Source: an uncultured virus (IMG/VR IMGVR_UViG_2579778730_000001)
Taxonomy: Duplodnaviria; Heunggongvirae; Uroviricota; Caudoviricetes
DNA: 36,363 nt
Reading direction: 5' to 3' (one strand)
Virus record (IMG/VR): IMGVR_UViG_2579778730_000001
Part shown: one piece after another, positions 35,765 through 36,363 of the stretch
Position numbering within the stretch: the stretch's first letter is position 1
Layout of the letters: the number at the start of each line of letters is the position of its first letter
Translations under genes and position numbers: made by a program
Notes under the pieces: model-generated
What the model was told of the DNA's origin: nothing
The model's input: only the letters and a program-made list of their open reading frames with translations
Database searches by the model: none

Positions 35765-35778
35765 GTTCTGGATTTTAA

Positions 35779-36363
35779 GTGACTGATTTCAAAATTGATT
35801 TAAGTAGCGACAGTGCGTCCGTTCTGGACCGGGTCATTGAGGCGTACGGTTTCCCGTCCAAAATGATGCTGGCCCAGCATCTGGATATGGCTGCCAGCAG
35901 CCTCTCCTCGCGTTACAAGCGCGGCGGCTTCCCTGCGGATATCGTGGTGCGCTGCATGGCGGAAACCGGCGCATCGCTGGCATGGCTGGCAACCGGGGAA
36001 GGTAAAAAATTTGCCGACGACGAACCTGACGTGATGAAGCTGCCGCGTAAGAAGCTGGTTGACGGCCAGCTCTACGATGCGGGCTACGCCATGTTTGATA
36101 AGGTGTTTTTCCGCGCGGGCGTCCCGCTTCCCGCCGAGCCGTTTTGCCTGCAGGATGACAAAGCGCAGTACATTATCGATAGCACCTTCGACGACATCTA
36201 CGACGGCGAGTGGCTGGTGAATATCGAAGGGAAAATCAGCGTCCGATCATTAATCCGTATCCCGGTACGCAAGGTGCGCGTCAGCGGCGTCGGCACCGCC
36301 TTCGACTGCGCGCTGGAAGATATCGACGTGCTGGGACGCGTGGTGATTACAATCGTTAACTGA
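35779..36363 (+). CDS. cI: Phage 186-type CI repressor
   Basis: LDRVIEAYGF, LAQHLDMAASSLSSRYKR (HTH), ETGASLAWLATGEG, DGEWLVNIEG; 194 aa. Confidence 0.92.
   Translation: MTDFKIDLSSDSASVLDRVIEAYGFPSKMMLAQHLDMAASSLSSRYKRGGFPADIVVRCMAETGASLAWLATGEGKKFADDEPDVMKLPRKKLVDGQLYDAGYAMFDKVFFRAGVPLPAEPFCLQDDKAQYIIDSTFDDIYDGEWLVNIEGKISVRSLIRIPVRKVRVSGVGTAFDCALEDIDVLGRVVITIVN

Larger units (their letters stand above)
17657..36363. mobile_element. Headless P2/186-like prophage derivative; candidate R-type tailocin locus
   Basis: ogr-D-U-T-E-FII-FI-inv-fibre-I-J-W-V-R-lysis-X joined directly to tum-A-early genes-apl-cI; no head or packaging genes. Confidence 0.85.

Noticed and set aside
1..36363. CRISPR array, retron/RT, rRNA
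   Set aside because: No regularly spaced repeats, RT motifs or rRNA-like sequence seen

Overview
Enterobacterial accessory DNA with no core genes, made of three stacked mobile or defence units. (1) 1-11310 is the right end of an integrative island ending in a 47-bp 3' copy of tRNA-Ile2(CAT) (att). It has an integrase, a Fic toxin with a convergent unannotated antitoxin-like ORF, AlpA, YfjI/DUF3987 and an inovirus-Gp2/YagK HUH protein. Its defence cargo (a DruE-like DUF1998 helicase and type I hsdM) is truncated at an IS1 that has no target duplication. (2) ~11311-17644 is a decayed satellite-like remnant: a lambda-type cos-like layout, a PifA-like KAP NTPase, an unknown protein with a RHIM-like segment and a Nu1/TerS fragment. 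It is fused by deletion to an orphan T6SS-effector cluster (broken hcp, frameshifted Tlde1/DUF2778, intact CHAP amidase plus DUF3828 immunity pair). (3) 17657-36363 is a P2/186-like element with contractile tail, baseplate and lysis genes, an invertase-switched tail fibre, ogr, intact rep A with ori, LexA-controlled tum, apl and cI. It has no portal, terminase, scaffold, capsid, head-completion, S, cos or cII, and a late promoter sits directly in front of gene X. The best reading is a domesticated, SOS-inducible, possibly replication-boosted R-type tailocin locus with switchable target range. Family assignments come from recalled motifs, not database searches.
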